Below are positions 41,509 to 42,843 of a DNA stretch of 42,843 nt, piece after piece (the first letter of the stretch is position 1; each line of letters begins with the position of its first letter). The notes below the pieces were generated by a model, which saw nothing but the letters and a program-made list of their open reading frames with translations, searched no databases and was not told the DNA's origin. This DNA comes from Ministeria vibrans ATCC 50519 (lineage: Eukaryota > Protista > Filasterea), in contig CALSCP010002404.1 in the NCBI GenBank assembly GCA_943704425.1, forward strand, positions 1 through 42,843, read 5' to 3'. The position numbers were made by a program, and so were the translations under genes.

Positions 41509-42773
41509 TCTCAAATCCGTCTCGCCACGTCCTGTCTTCAAATTGCGATTGACACGCATATTACGTGAGTCAAGAGGTGGGCAACAGCACAGCGTGCAGG
41601 GGGCGTGTTGTATCTTCTTTCTGGACGAGATCAAGCGTGTTTTTCCACGGTACTCAGCACAGGGTGTTACGGGACCTTTGTGGGTTTGATTGCAACCGCA
41701 AGCGATATCGCCGCCTTGCCTCAAGGGCTTGGTGTCGTACGTCGTCGACGTCTCCCATGTTCTTGCGAATGTCGTGATGCACTAGTAGTGGAAAGCTAGG
41801 GCGTCAGAAATTGCATTAGTCAACCCTTGCTTTTGAGTTCGACTCGAACTCATGGATGATCTCCTCCAACGGTCCATGATCATCGAAACTCATCCTCATG
41901 TTTTCCTCCAACTCTCTTTTAAAACTGTTAGAATAGCTTGGATGTCGTTGGCCTGACGACTGGTACTAAGCTGGAGGAGGTGATCAATACTAATGCTGGT
42001 ATGGAAAGAATATTATTATTATTATAATTATTCTCTTCGACTGATCAAGACGACTTTTTTTTTCAACCCACACCAGAGGTCAAGGCGGATTCAAGCGACA
42101 GGATCGCTCGTGCCACTTCTTCGCAACATGATACCACTTCTCATTCTGGGGTCAAGGCGGATTCAAGCGACAGGCTCGCTCGTGCCACTTCTTCGCAACA
42201 TGATACCACTTCTCATTCTGGGGTCAAGGCGGATTCAAGCGACAGGATCGCTCGTGCCACTTCTTCAGAGCGTCAAGGTACGTGGTGGGTACAGACAGAG
42301 AAGCAAAAGCATGAATTGTTCCCCCTAATATAAAATATCCCCCCTCCCTCTATACATGTGTATACACCTCTGGCTCTTTTTTCCCACAGCGGGTTCTTCA
42401 CACGACGTCGAGGTCAAGGCGGTTACGAGCGACTCGCTTGCGGCCACTTCTTCGCAAAGTGAAGGTATGTACAACTAAAATTAAAAAAGAAACGAATTCG
42501 AAAAAACTCCCCTGTAATTAATTGGTTTTTTGTTCATGCATACGTATATGTGCAGCGGGTTCTTTACAGGACGAGGTCAAGGCGGCTACGAGCGATTTGC
42601 TTACGGCCACTTCTTCGCAAAGTGAAGGTACGACGTGCAACAGAGAAACCTCAAGAAGCGAGTTGTAATTAACCCCTTTGCTTGTATCGCTTTTTCCACA
42701 GCGGGTTCTTCACAGAACGAGGTCAAGGCGGTTTCGAGCGACTCGCTTGCAATCACTTCTTCACGACGTGAAG
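41509..42773 (+). CDS. Partial multi-exon gene with S/T/A-rich 24-aa repeats; start uncertain, continues beyond the window
   Basis: Clear phase-1 exons at 42077-42277, 42390-42464, 42556-42627 and 42702-42773. Tentative in-frame upstream exons at about 41509-41564, 41663-41737, 41838-41871 and 41937-41998. Confidence 0.5.
42077..42773 (+). repeat. 72-bp repeat family, both within one exon and as single-unit exons
   Basis: GGTCAAGGCGG...AGCGA...CACTTCTTC core at 42078, 42150 and 42222, and once in each of the next three exons. Confidence 0.93.
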
Positions 42774-42776
42774 GTA

Positions 42777-42843
<67 letters not shown>

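Noticed and set aside
42077-42773. CRISPR-like repeat-spacer array
   Set aside because: The context is eukaryotic with no cas genes; the repeats are in-frame exons and the 'spacers' are GT-AG introns.

Overview
Intron-rich, gene-dense DNA from a eukaryote, probably a unicellular non-fungal protist. Exons are GC-rich, introns are short with GTACG/GTATG-type donors and (CA)n/(GA)n/(TAA)n microsatellites, and there is one assembly gap at 32158-32841. Manual splicing gives about 15 protein genes and one tRNA-Ala(CGC): a polyQ low-complexity protein, secreted phospholipase B (PLB1-like), DASH/Dam1 subunit Dad1, UBXN1-like, WDR76/Cmr1-like WD40, a RING/TRAF-Zn-finger-BTB-pentapeptide protein, an NLR-like STAND protein, SAMHD1, a vWA protein, a 2OG-Fe(II) oxygenase, an ICME-like hydrolase, an acidic protein, a GH78 rhamnosidase with two SUEL lectin domains, major vault protein, and the start of a gene built from tandemly duplicated micro-exons. 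The best lead is the NLR-like gene. Joining an upstream exon through a GC-AG intron, which the ORF track misses, gives it a CXorf38/DUF4559-like (HEPN-related) N-terminal domain ahead of NB-ARC and TPRs. It lies head-to-head with SAMHD1 and is flanked by the TRAF-like and vWA genes, suggesting a candidate innate-immunity cluster. Exon models and family assignments are manual and rest on recalled motifs, not database searches.
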